Assembly: GCA_001938485.1 (NCBI GenBank) | Contig: MQRK01255084.1 | Location: forward strand, 1-64,000 | Origin: Girardia tigrina | Lineage: Eukaryota | Direction: 5' to 3' | DNA: 64,000 nucleotides | Part shown: piece after piece, positions 63,411-64,000 of the stretch | Layout: each line of letters opens with the position of its first letter | Position numbering within the stretch: position 1 is the stretch's first letter | The notes under the pieces: model-generated | What the model was told of the DNA's origin: nothing | The model's database searches: none | The model's input: only the letters and a program-made list of their open reading frames with translations | Position numbers and translations under genes: made by a program

Positions 63411-64000
63411 TTAATTAATTTTATATATTTAATTAATTGTTAATTTTTTTAATTTAATTATTTTATTTAAATTATTTATTTTAATTTAATTACTTTATTT
63501 ACATTTACTTTTATTTAATTATTTAATTTTATTTATTTAATTTACAAAATGGGCTCAAGTAAGAGTCAAAGGAAATCCCAACGCGAACAATTCCCCCTCC
63601 TTGTACCAACCGGCTTCAACTTACCAAAGAATTACTAGATTCAACTTCAGTTTTAACAAATAGCTTATAATCATTATTTACAATTTTTATTCACAAGTGT
63701 ATATAACTTTCTTAGCCATCTTTTTGTGGAATTATCCCGCTTTTTCTTTCGTTTTTTCCAACTGTCAATTGTTTGAATAACTCTATCCTTTTACTTTCTT
63801 TTCCAATTCTCTATCCTTCGAAACACTGGATCACCTTTCTTTCTCGTTTTCCAATTTTTTAAGTCACTTACAATTGACTTTGAGCGCTCTAAATCATCTG
63901 ATGGAGTGACAAATTTTACGATATCGACCCATTGGTAATTTCTTTCTTTTCGTTTTCTTGTTCGTTCGATTCGGTAATAAATTCATTATTAACATTGTTA

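Noticed and set aside
33544-63569. The two CTTACTTGAGCCC ends as TIRs of one 30-kb element
   Set aside because: They would enclose GRB2 exons 3-4 of an intact gene; independent copies are more parsimonious.

Overview
AT-rich eukaryotic DNA, probably animal (judged from the 18S fragment and the conserved GRB2 intron positions), with several N gaps. Two intact spliced genes lie on the + strand. GRWD1/RRB1 has 6 exons (2519-11283, 457 aa). GRB2/drk has 4 exons (22233-61043, 227 aa) and a 25.6-kb intron. Introns and intergenic DNA are filled with mostly decayed transposons: Penelope-like retroelements, a restriction-like-endonuclease non-LTR fragment, mariner, IS630/Tc1, pogo, hAT and piggyBac remnants, and MITEs. 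Main observations: (i) six minimal hammerhead-ribozyme motifs tied to Penelope-like ends, two of them in a 301-bp non-coding insertion of inverted arms with a 14-bp target-site duplication (TSD); (ii) an exact 98-bp copy of a GRWD1 exon/donor junction inside an upstream intron, creating an in-frame cryptic micro-exon; (iii) a HAT1 pseudogene fragment and a second decayed gene-like tract, each behind the same piggyBac-like terminus (possible gene-capturing elements); (iv) a 21-bp-period RFX X-box array; (v) degenerate, G-rich splice donors. Everything was read by eye with no database searches, so the ends of decayed elements are approximate.
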